Shown here piece by piece: positions 7,032-15,880 of a stretch of DNA of 64,000 nt. Position 1 is the first letter of the stretch, and each line of letters opens with the position of its first letter. The notes beneath the pieces are model-generated. The model was not told where the DNA came from and searched no databases. It saw only the letters and a list, made by a program, of their open reading frames with translations. Position numbers and translations under genes: made by a program. Source of the stretch: a virus; IMG/VR virus record IMGVR_UViG_3300002026_002465, positions 32,001-96,000 of that record; one strand, 5' to 3'.

Positions 7032-9854
7032 ATGGATCTTAAAGAATTTTTAAACGAAAATCTAACTTCTCAAGAAACAATTGATGAAGGTATAAAAGAA
7101 ATAGCATCAGGACTTGTTAATAAAATTAAATCTGTATATAAAGCTGCAAAAGCGTCTGTCGTTAAAATAGGCGATAGAGTTTTTGGTATTTTTATTAAAA
7201 ATGGCGAATCTGGAATAACAGATGGAGCTGGTATTGAAAGAGTTCATATTACTGAAAAAGTTGAAGGTGGATTGAGATTTTATGGTCTTGGATTTACAAA
7301 TGGAACAAGACTTTCTAAATCTGCAAATGAATCAATTTTTACAGAATTAAAATCAAAATTATTTGAAAATGATGATCCATTAAATATATCACCAAATGCA
7401 TCAGATCAATCACCTGATGATGAATTTAAAAGTGACAAAACTGCCAGTATAAAACACATGTTTGGTTTAGGTGGTCAATTAAAAGATACTAAAATTGATC
7501 AAACATATAAGCAATTTTATGAAGGTAAGCCAGATGGTTCAATTTCTGTTGAACAAATGAAAAATCTATTTGGAAGATTAGCCTTTCAAGTAAAATTTAG
7601 AACAAGACAATCACAATACATTCCATCAATTCTTGTTTTTGGTTCTCCAGGTGAAGCAAAAACTGCTATTGGTTCTCAAGTTGCAAGAATGATTGGTGCG
7701 AGATATAAATCAATTGAAGTTGCATCTATTTATACTGAAATTTTCGGTGGTATGCCAATATCACAAGATGTATATGATGTAGAAACTGGAAGAACAAGAT
7801 CAGAAGGTAAAATTACAAGAAAAATTGGCAATATGCTTTTTGAAGGTTCTGAAAAAGATATGGACAAATCAAAAGGAAAATATGGACTTGTTCAACAAGT
7901 TTTAGTAGGTGATAATGGAATTGTTGGTGAAATAACATCATCACAAGAACAAGGAGCCTTATTAGCATTACAATCAATTTATCTCAAAAGAACATTAACT
8001 GGTGTTTGGGATGATTCATATAAATCAGTTAAAGGCAAACTTATTAATCTTGGATATGAATTTGAAGGTAAATCAAAGAATGAAGGAAGAGTGTATTCTG
8101 GTGTCTATATAACTGAAGCTGATGGACAAAAAGTTACTCAACAAAAGAAAAAGATTGTTGAGCTCGTTCCTGTAAAGGGTGTATTACCAGATCCTGGAAA
8201 TAAAGATCCTTGGGTTCTTGCTCTTGATGAATTCTCAAGAACAGATAAAAAAATGTCAGCTGTTATGAACCTTCTTTTAACTGGTGCAATTGGTACTATT
8301 TACTTTCTTCCATTAAAAACAATTGTTTGTGCAACATCTAACCTTGGTGGTAAAGGTAGTTCAGATGATTCAGACGGTGAAGAAGTATCAAAAATAACTG
8401 GTGCTATGTTAACTCGTTTTAGTTATGTTGTAAAAGTTCAAGGTAAGATTAATGATTCTGTTTCTTATATTATGGGAAGTATGACTAAAATGCCTTCTGA
8501 TAAAGAAGAACCTGATTATGATCCTCTTGATGATACTGAAGAATGGGAAATTAAACACAAGAACTTTGAATTAACTCCAGAATTAGCAAGTAAATGGAAG
8601 GGTATGATCCCTCCTGCATTATGGTTAAATTATATAATTAGAAATGGATTAGAACAGGGTCAATATCATAGACAATCACTTGAGAGTTTCCAAACAGGAA
8701 CTCCAGTTAAAATTAATCCTCGTGTTGTTGATCGTGTTGCAAAAAATGTTTCAATGGCAGCATTACAAGACTGGGAAAGTGGTGATTTAGTAAAACCAGT
8801 TGGTATGGCAAAAGCACCATCAAAAGAATGGTATGAAAAAGAGTATAAAAAAGAAGAAGTTCCAATATTTGATGCAGAAGAAAATAAATGGACAAAGAAA
8901 ATTCTTCCATCAGCTCAAGCCTATTATATGATGATAAATCAAGGTAATAGAAGATATTTAGAAATATTGAAGGCTTCATTAATGAAGGGTGGTCAAGAAG
9001 TTCTCGCTGATTTAGAATCTTCTCATGAAAAAACTCAAAAAGAAATGATTCTTGGTGATACTGATCAAATATTAACAAGACATGTTGAAACAGCATTAAA
9101 GTTTAATAAAGATGATGATAAACTTGCTCAATTAGAAACTGTTGCTCGTTCAGCAAAAGATATTGTATTAGATGAAATGCCTAGAAAAATTGTAAAAATT
9201 GGTAATATTGAAAACTATAAAAAACTTATTAAGGGTATAGATTTAAAGAAACTTGGATTTAACAATGAATACTGGTATCTTGCAGCTAATATATGGAGAT
9301 TCACAGATGATGCAATGTGTTCTGGCGATGAAATTGCAGGTCTTGCTATATCTCTTGGACAGGCTTTAGCTGATTCAGAAAATGAAAAAACATCAGAATT
9401 TATTGCAACACTTTTATCAGTTCTTGCAGATGATGTTAAATATAAATCAGCAATTAGTAAGCTTGATAATATTGATCTTAAAGATTTTAATTTTGATGAT
9501 AAGGGTGATGATGATGATATTGATGATATTCTTGGTGAAGCTAAAATATGGGAAGCAAAATTATTGAAAGACAGAGGATCAGCTAGTCATTTTAAAAATG
9601 GTGTTAAAAAGTTTATTAATATTCAACTCCATCAATTAAAAAGAACTGATTTCTTTGATGATTTTAATTCTTATGTTACTACCCTTCCGGGAACAAAAAT
9701 TGAAAACTATCTAAAGGGTATTTGGATGGCAACAAGAAAAGAATGGTTCATTCCAGTTGAAGTTCCAGCAGAAAGAAAACAGGATAAAGTAGCAACAGAA
9801 AGCATATTTATTGAAACAGGATTAAAAAAACTTTTTGAAAATATAAGGGGTTAG
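7032..9854 (+). CDS. Enlarged MoxR-like AAA+ ATPase (module 1)
   Basis: Walker A GSPGEAKT, Walker B LALDEFSR, sensor ATSN, LTRF arginine finger; long N-terminal extension and insertion. Confidence 0.85.
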   Translation: MDLKEFLNENLTSQETIDEGIKEIASGLVNKIKSVYKAAKASVVKIGDRVFGIFIKNGESGITDGAGIERVHITEKVEGGLRFYGLGFTNGTRLSKSANESIFTELKSKLFENDDPLNISPNASDQSPDDEFKSDKTASIKHMFGLGGQLKDTKIDQTYKQFYEGKPDGSISVEQMKNLFGRLAFQVKFRTRQSQYIPSILVFGSPGEAKTAIGSQVARMIGARYKSIEVASIYTEIFGGMPISQDVYDVETGRTRSEGKITRKIGNMLFEGSEKDMDKSKGKYGLVQQVLVGDNGIVGEITSSQEQGALLALQSIYLKRTLTGVWDDSYKSVKGKLINLGYEFEGKSKNEGRVYSGVYITEADGQKVTQQKKKIVELVPVKGVLPDPGNKDPWVLALDEFSRTDKKMSAVMNLLLTGAIGTIYFLPLKTIVCATSNLGGKGSSDDSDGEEVSKITGAMLTRFSYVVKVQGKINDSVSYIMGSMTKMPSDKEEPDYDPLDDTEEWEIKHKNFELTPELASKWKGMIPPALWLNYIIRNGLEQGQYHRQSLESFQTGTPVKINPRVVDRVAKNVSMAALQDWESGDLVKPVGMAKAPSKEWYEKEYKKEEVPIFDAEENKWTKKILPSAQAYYMMINQGNRRYLEILKASLMKGGQEVLADLESSHEKTQKEMILGDTDQILTRHVETALKFNKDDDKLAQLETVARSAKDIVLDEMPRKIVKIGNIENYKKLIKGIDLKKLGFNNEYWYLAANIWRFTDDAMCSGDEIAGLAISLGQALADSENEKTSEFIATLLSVLADDVKYKSAISKLDNIDLKDFNFDDKGDDDDIDDILGEAKIWEAKLLKDRGSASHFKNGVKKFINIQLHQLKRTDFFDDFNSYVTTLPGTKIENYLKGIWMATRKEWFIPVEVPAERKQDKVATESIFIETGLKKLFENIRG

Positions 9855-9856
9855 CA

Positions 9857-10753
9857 ATGTTTTTAGATATATTAAAATATGAAATGTTAACTGAAGAAAC
9901 AAGAATTTCTTCACTACCAAAAAAGTTTTCTAATTTCTTACTTTATTTAAGAGCCGCAGAACCAGTAACCTATGAATTATTAAAAAACTTTACAGATTAC
10001 TGGTGGATGGAAAATTCAACTGGTGAGGATGGTTCTGTTAGAGAAGCCACGATGGGTGTTGCTATGCATCAAGGAAGATTACAATTTTATATTGGAAAAG
10101 GGTTTTATAGTAGACTTTCAATATCACAATTAGCATTCCTTATGTATCATGAATTAGCTCATTATAAAAGAGGTCATTGTAACAATAATTTTAATCTTGG
10201 TAAAGCTAACCACAACTTGGCAAATATTTGTGAAGATATTTATATTAATGAAGATGCTAATAGAGATGGTTATTTTGCTCTCGTTCCATTAAAATTTGTT
10301 GATGGTGTTTTAATGAAAAAATCAGGAAAATATCGTGGTGCAACAGGTCAAGGTATAGATAAATATGGTAAAGTAAATGGACTAACATTAAATGAAAAAG
10401 ATTATATGCCAATAGCTGACTCAGCTGAACTATATGTATACCTCTCAAAAGAACATGATAAACAAGGTAAACCACCAGAGAAAAAACCTGGTAAAGATGG
10501 TGAAGGTGGTAAAGGTGGAGAAGGTGGTGAAGGTGATCCACCTCCTCCAAGATTTCCTAAAAGAGGTGATATTGTTAAAGGTCCTGATGGAACATATGGA
10601 AGAGTAAACAATGTTGTTGGAAACGTTATAAAAGAAATAGAACCACTTACAGAACAAGAGGCTATGGATATAGTCAAGAAAAAAATTTCTTTTATGGCAA
10701 TAAAAACACGAAAAAATATGATGACATTAAAAGATCCAATTGATATAGCTTGA
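9857..10753 (+). CDS. Zincin-like metallopeptidase (DUF2201 N-terminal type), module 1
   Basis: HELAHYKRGH then NICEDIYIN; Gly/Pro linker and KOW/SH3-like GDIVKGPDGTYGRV. Confidence 0.8.
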   Translation: MFLDILKYEMLTEETRISSLPKKFSNFLLYLRAAEPVTYELLKNFTDYWWMENSTGEDGSVREATMGVAMHQGRLQFYIGKGFYSRLSISQLAFLMYHELAHYKRGHCNNNFNLGKANHNLANICEDIYINEDANRDGYFALVPLKFVDGVLMKKSGKYRGATGQGIDKYGKVNGLTLNEKDYMPIADSAELYVYLSKEHDKQGKPPEKKPGKDGEGGKGGEGGEGDPPPPRFPKRGDIVKGPDGTYGRVNNVVGNVIKEIEPLTEQEAMDIVKKKISFMAIKTRKNMMTLKDPIDIA

Positions 10754-10762
10754 GGAGATAAT

Positions 10763-12268
10763 ATGAATATTTGGGAAAAAATAGCTAAAGAAATAGATTT
10801 CGTAGAATATATAAATCTGAACGAATCTGCTCCTCTCGCTGTCAATTGGAAAGCTGAGGATGTAACAATTTTAACAAATGAAAAACCAAATGAAGGTGGC
10901 AATGGTGGACAACCTTCACCAAATGGTGGATCAAAAACACAAAGTGTTAATGATGGCCCAGCAAATCCAACAAATGGTGGTAAAAAAGGTGAAAAAGATG
11001 AGAAAGATAAGAAGGGTGAAAAGGGTGATAAACCAAGCAAGGGTGGAAAAGGTGAAGAAACTAGCAATCCTGTTGAAGATGATCAAACTGGCGAATTAGA
11101 AGGTGGAAAACCAACTGATGATAAAAACAAGAAAGGTGAATGGAAAAAAGGAACTGGTAAAAAACTTCCTGGTAATGAAAAAATGGAATCAATTGATGAT
11201 CACAATATAATGCGATCAAAATCTGATGGATCAAAATTAGATGATGCTCTAAATAAAATACATGAAAAAATGTCAAGAAGAACTGGCAAAAAGAACCCAG
11301 ATGATTGGGTTGGGGCGGCTGGCGATATGTTTAGAGATGACATTAAAAAGGTTGTTAGAAGACGCCTTCCAATGGATAAAATCAAAAATGAATTAGCTGC
11401 CTTTAAAGAAGAAATATCTAAAGCTGTGATGGATGACGAAACTTATCAATTATCAGTTTTATCAGGTTCTTCAAGAGGTGGAGAAGCTGATATAAATAGA
11501 CCTGTTGAAATTAAAGATACTGATACAGATAAAAAATCAGCTATACTTTTCTTTTGTGTAGATACATCAGGATCAATGGGAGATGAAGAGTTTGAATTAG
11601 TGTTTGGATGGTTAAGAGAAATTGCAGAATTCTTTAAATCTGATTCAGCAGGATCAGGCGGAATACCTGGTAAAGTTTATATTATAGAATATGATACTAG
11701 GGTATATACACCAATTAGAGAATGGAGAAATGATAAACTTCCAATGGCTCCAAGAGGTGGTGGTGGAAATGCTGTAAATTGTGTATATAATTTTTTGAAT
11801 AAACACTTTGTTAAAACTGATACAAGGGGGAATCTTGTAACAAATAGCTTCGTCTTTAAAGAAAGTGATTCACAACTTTTTGATAATGAAGATAAAAAAG
11901 AATTCTATGATATAGAACATGAAATAGAAACAACTTATGTCAAAGATGATGCTAGACAAGAACAATTAAAAAAACTAAAGAGCAAGAACTTTAAATATGG
12001 TGATGTTTTAAAGGAATCTTTTGATTATGCAAATGTTCCATTCTTGTTATTTTTTACTGATGGTTATGATGACGTTCCTAATGCTTTTGGACCGTTATAC
12101 AGAAATAATCTTGGAAACATATTATATGTTATAACCTCTAAAGCATGGCTTGGAAACATGAGACCAAGAAACTTTATTTATTGTGATATACATGTAGAAT
12201 CTTTTAGTGATTCTTTTGATACAGATGGTAATTTAGTTGATAATGGACAAGCAAATCGCCGGGGATAA
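10763..12268 (+). CDS. vWA domain protein (DUF2201 C-terminal type), module 1
   Basis: G/K/E-rich linker, VDTSGSMG, RGGGGN, FFTDGY. Confidence 0.85.
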   Translation: MNIWEKIAKEIDFVEYINLNESAPLAVNWKAEDVTILTNEKPNEGGNGGQPSPNGGSKTQSVNDGPANPTNGGKKGEKDEKDKKGEKGDKPSKGGKGEETSNPVEDDQTGELEGGKPTDDKNKKGEWKKGTGKKLPGNEKMESIDDHNIMRSKSDGSKLDDALNKIHEKMSRRTGKKNPDDWVGAAGDMFRDDIKKVVRRRLPMDKIKNELAAFKEEISKAVMDDETYQLSVLSGSSRGGEADINRPVEIKDTDTDKKSAILFFCVDTSGSMGDEEFELVFGWLREIAEFFKSDSAGSGGIPGKVYIIEYDTRVYTPIREWRNDKLPMAPRGGGGNAVNCVYNFLNKHFVKTDTRGNLVTNSFVFKESDSQLFDNEDKKEFYDIEHEIETTYVKDDARQEQLKKLKSKNFKYGDVLKESFDYANVPFLLFFTDGYDDVPNAFGPLYRNNLGNILYVITSKAWLGNMRPRNFIYCDIHVESFSDSFDTDGNLVDNGQANRRG

Positions 12269-12282
12269 GCATATATAGGTAT

Positions 12283-12630
12283 ATGAATTTAGACCTAAAA
12301 AATGTCTTATTAGCTAAAACTGGACTTAGAGACAAAGTCATATCTGTAGATGGTTTAATAAAAACATCTACAGATGAGGCCTATAATTTACTTGTAAAAT
12401 CTGGATATACTTCTAAAATAGTATTTTTCCAAAAATCTGTTAAAATCTTTAAAAACCTCCTAAAACAATTTAATACAAATGAAATTTATAAGTTCTATAG
12501 ACCACATGGTAAATATAGACGCCATAGTAAGATCTTAAAAAAAGAAACTATAAATCTTGTTTTATCCTCTAAATATAGTAAAATCAAAAAACAAATAGAA
12601 GAGAAAATGCATGAAAATACTTATACTTGA
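12283..12630 (+). CDS. Basic hypothetical protein
   Basis: ORF after GCATATATAG motif. Confidence 0.6.
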   Translation: MNLDLKNVLLAKTGLRDKVISVDGLIKTSTDEAYNLLVKSGYTSKIVFFQKSVKIFKNLLKQFNTNEIYKFYRPHGKYRRHSKILKKETINLVLSSKYSKIKKQIEEKMHENTYT

Positions 12631-12955
12631 AGACGCTAACTCAAGAATACAAACATTTATTAAACATTATGGAAAAAAACATGATTTGTATTTTTTTGAC
12701 AATATAACAGATGCAAAAGATGCTCTAAATTTATTAGGTCCATTTGATGTTATATTCTTAGATCATGATTTAGATGATAGGGTTTATGTTAATTCTAATG
12801 AGGCAAACACTGGTTATCAACTTGCAAAATGGATGCAAGAAAACAATATATCTGCTGAAGAAATTATTATTCATTCAATGAATCCTGTAGGAGCTGACAA
12901 TATTAAAGCTGTGTTGCCACAAGCAAAAATAATACCTTTTATAAATTTATTCTAA
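12611..12955 (+). CDS. Cyclic-phosphate-processing-type receiver domain
   Basis: LILED, FLDHDL, TGYQLAKW, IHSMNPVG signature of this phage-common receiver family. Confidence 0.85.
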   Translation: MKILILEDANSRIQTFIKHYGKKHDLYFFDNITDAKDALNLLGPFDVIFLDHDLDDRVYVNSNEANTGYQLAKWMQENNISAEEIIIHSMNPVGADNIKAVLPQAKIIPFINLF

Positions 12956-12957
12956 AG

Positions 12958-13338
12958 TTGGAAAAAATGCAAGACAATGAAAAGGCCAAGGTTCTTTTAG
13001 AAAATGGATCATATTTAAAACATATTGTTGATGTTTTAGAAAAAAATGATATTCATGATTTTATGATTGAAGAATATTTCTCCCAAGAAATAGAAAGAAA
13101 ATTAGAAGAAACAGATCGTTGGTTAATAAAAGAAAACTGGGATGGAGATGAAATAGCTGACTTCTTAAGTGATGGTTACTCAAGAAATGATATTGTTTAT
13201 GCTGATATTGAAGAACTAACTCAAGAATTAAAAATAGAAGCAACCATAAATATAGCTCAATATTATATTGATAAATATTTCAATAAAGATTCAGATTTAT
13301 TAGATAATATGATTTTATATATTAAAGAATGTCAATAA
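12958..13338 (+). CDS. Acidic hypothetical protein
   Basis: ORF track, TTG start. Confidence 0.55.
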   Translation: MEKMQDNEKAKVLLENGSYLKHIVDVLEKNDIHDFMIEEYFSQEIERKLEETDRWLIKENWDGDEIADFLSDGYSRNDIVYADIEELTQELKIEATINIAQYYIDKYFNKDSDLLDNMILYIKECQ

Positions 13339-14027
13339 TAGATGAAAAATTTTTACAAGAAAAAATAGATTCTCGTGATTTTACTTGGTTTTCTACTGGT
13401 GGAAATAGATCAAGAGTAAAAAGATTTTTTAAAACGACACAATTAAATTCAGCCTTACTTTTTGATTTATGGAATGTAAGATCCATAAGATATGATTTAG
13501 TAAGTATGCAATCTCTTCCAGAAGATCTGGTTATAGAAATAATTTGTGAAGCTGGATCAAAAAAAAGAGATATAACAAAAGCAATGTATATTGAAACATT
13601 GCTTAAACAAAAAATTACTCAGGCAATTATAACTCAACATATACAACAAGTAGATTTAGGACTATATCTTGTTGCATGGGAAGTAATACCAAAAACAATG
13701 CTTTTATATAGTGATTTTGATGCCTTTATGCAAATTGTCAGTGGGATGAACAATGACTTCTGGACTTTTCAAAAAGAAAGGAAGGGGGCTGTAGTATCTA
13801 TAATAAGAGCAGAACCATCTAAATTAGATGAGATAATCCATTTCCTTTGTCCTATGCCATCTCATGTAAGTTTTGAAATAATTTCTGCTTTATCAAAAAT
13901 TGTTTTCTTTTCTGATGAGTTGGTATCTTTTTTAAGATCCTCACTTGACCAAAGTACATTCCTTTCGGTCATGGAACATATAATCGTAATAACTGTTCTA
14001 TCAATTCTAAGGCAAGATTTCTTTTAG
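13329..14027 (+). CDS. Hypothetical alpha-helical protein
   Basis: 232-aa ORF. Confidence 0.65.
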   Translation: MSIIDEKFLQEKIDSRDFTWFSTGGNRSRVKRFFKTTQLNSALLFDLWNVRSIRYDLVSMQSLPEDLVIEIICEAGSKKRDITKAMYIETLLKQKITQAIITQHIQQVDLGLYLVAWEVIPKTMLLYSDFDAFMQIVSGMNNDFWTFQKERKGAVVSIIRAEPSKLDEIIHFLCPMPSHVSFEIISALSKIVFFSDELVSFLRSSLDQSTFLSVMEHIIVITVLSILRQDFF

Positions 14028-14050
14028 AGAGTTGATATTTATGGTATAAT
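14023..14050 (+). promoter_or_regulatory. sigma70-like promoter TTTAGA-N16-TATAAT (extended -10 TGnTATAAT)
   Basis: Direct sequence. Confidence 0.55.
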
Positions 14051-14210
14051 ATATTCATGAATATCAAGTTTGATTTTAAGTATTATACTTGGGGTTGAGA
14101 GTATATTTTTTCAGATTATTGGACCAGTTTTTATGAATAAAGTTATGGTTTCTTCGGCAAAAGCTCTTCTTGAAAAAGAATAAAGCATATTTATAGATTT
14201 AGGAGTATAT

Positions 14211-14537
14211 ATGATCATAGGGCAAGACTTTGACAAAATTACTCAGGTTAGCCTTGATGCTCTAAAACAACTATCTAATAAAAAGCTTAAAAGAGTAGTC
14301 ATTATTCTTGATGAAACTGGTTATGAAACAGCCTTTATTTTTGAAGATAAAGATGTATATACTGCATCTGGATTTTCCATTGGGTATAACGGAGAGGGGC
14401 CAAGAGGCCTTTATTCTGCCATTAAAATGTTCTGTCCTGATGCTATTGGAGAGGATTTTTTCAAAACAAAGATCTCTACACTTAAGGGTGGAAAATGGGT
14501 TTGGAGTCCTGAATATGATTTTGTAGAAATAGTTTAG
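14211..14537 (+). CDS. Hypothetical phage protein with GFxxGYxGEGP motif
   Basis: SGFSIGYNGEGPRGL, reminiscent of DUF6166-like phage proteins. Confidence 0.65.
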   Translation: MIIGQDFDKITQVSLDALKQLSNKKLKRVVIILDETGYETAFIFEDKDVYTASGFSIGYNGEGPRGLYSAIKMFCPDAIGEDFFKTKISTLKGGKWVWSPEYDFVEIV

Positions 14538-14560
14538 AGAATACATTTATATAGTATAAT
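14533..14560 (+). promoter_or_regulatory. sigma70-like promoter TTTAGA-N16-TATAAT
   Basis: Direct sequence, upstream of MoxR module 2. Confidence 0.6.
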
Positions 14561-14585
14561 TACATAACAAACATTTGGGGGATTT

Positions 14586-15803
14586 ATGACAATTACAGAG
14601 CTTAAAGCTCGTATTCGCATGATTATTAAAAAGGGTTTTATACAGCCAGTCACACCATTCATTCATGGCGCTCCTGGAGTTGGAAAGTCAGAATCTGTTT
14701 ATCAGATTGCAGAAGAGCTTGGAATTGGCTTTATTGACTTGCGCCTCTCTCAGCTAGAATCAGCTGACCTTCGAGGTATCCCAGTTCCTAACATTGAAAT
14801 TGGATCCTCTAAATGGCTTCCTCCTGAAACTATTCCTTTTGAAGCCTTTGCCAATCTTCCTATTCCTGAAACTTATCCCATCAATAAAGGTAAGAAATTT
14901 AAAGATGGTGGAATTCTATTTCTTGATGAATTCAACCGAGCAAGGTTTGATGTTCAGCAGGCCGCTTTCCAGCTTGTTCTAGACCGTGCAGTTGGTCTTC
15001 ACAAAATGCTTGATAACTGGTATATTGTAGCCGCGGGTAACCTTGGTGAAGATGATGGAACTGATGTCAATGAAATGGACTCAGCTCTAAACAACAGATT
15101 TGCCCACTTCACAGCTACAGTAAACGACAAGGTATGGCTTGATTGGGCAGAGAAAGCAGGTGTTCATCCTGATGTAATTGGGTTCATCCAGGCTAAACCT
15201 GGCTACCTCCAGAAGAAGATTAAAGAGGACGATAATGTCATCCTTACTCCTCGTTCTTGGAAAAAGTTTTCTGATATTCTGAACCAGAATAGTGATACTG
15301 ATCCTAAAGACGTTGCTGAACTTGTTGGTGCCTCTATTATCAATGGAGCGGCAGCCCAGTTTGTTACATGGCTTGATCAGAAGTCAATTGTCTCTCCTCT
15401 TGATGTCTTGACAAAATACAAGACTATGAAAAAGCGGATCAAGGCAATGCAGAGAGATCAGGTTTATGGTCTTAACGAAGAGCTTTCTGGTTATATCTCA
15501 AAGAACTGGAAGGGAGCAAAAGAAGGTGAATATGAAAAGGCCTTCCTTGCCGCTCAGGCTAATGGAGAAAACAAAGAAACTGCCAAGAAAACTGCTAATG
15601 CAAAAGCAGATGCTCTCCTTGATGTTTGGCTTGAGAATATTCATGCTTTTACACAGGAGTGCCTTGAAAAGGATATCTATATTGCCTTTATGCAGAATGT
15701 AACTCGCAAGTGTTCTAAAGAAGGCAATGACTTCATTGACTATTACCTTAAAAAGTACATTGCTGAATCAAAGGATATTGTAGCTGCCTTGACTAAGCGC
15801 TAA
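14586..15803 (+). CDS. MoxR-like AAA+ ATPase (module 2)
   Basis: GAPGVGKS, IDLRLSQ, DLRGIP, LFLDEFNR, AAGN, LNNRF. Confidence 0.92.
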   Translation: MTITELKARIRMIIKKGFIQPVTPFIHGAPGVGKSESVYQIAEELGIGFIDLRLSQLESADLRGIPVPNIEIGSSKWLPPETIPFEAFANLPIPETYPINKGKKFKDGGILFLDEFNRARFDVQQAAFQLVLDRAVGLHKMLDNWYIVAAGNLGEDDGTDVNEMDSALNNRFAHFTATVNDKVWLDWAEKAGVHPDVIGFIQAKPGYLQKKIKEDDNVILTPRSWKKFSDILNQNSDTDPKDVAELVGASIINGAAAQFVTWLDQKSIVSPLDVLTKYKTMKKRIKAMQRDQVYGLNEELSGYISKNWKGAKEGEYEKAFLAAQANGENKETAKKTANAKADALLDVWLENIHAFTQECLEKDIYIAFMQNVTRKCSKEGNDFIDYYLKKYIAESKDIVAALTKR

Positions 15804-15809
15804 ACAAAT

Positions 15810-15833
15810 GGGGGTCATTACGACCCCCGTTTT
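15810..15833 (+). terminator. Intrinsic terminator-like hairpin
   Basis: GGGGGTC-ATTAC-GACCCCC plus T-rich tail. Confidence 0.75.
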
Positions 15834-15835
15834 AA

Positions 15836-15863
15836 TTTAGAGATATAAAAAAAGTAGTATAAT
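15836..15863 (+). promoter_or_regulatory. sigma70-like promoter TTTAGA-N16-TATAAT
   Basis: Direct sequence. Confidence 0.6.
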
Positions 15864-15880
15864 TATAGTAGGAGAAACTA

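Noticed and set aside
7757-8180. Intein in the module 1 AAA
   Set aside because: No Cys/Ser start, His-Asn end or LAGLIDADG blocks in the insertion
14058-14183. Definite small membrane-protein gene after the 14023 promoter
   Set aside because: ATG 14058 is out of frame with the hydrophobic 37-codon frame; start is ambiguous
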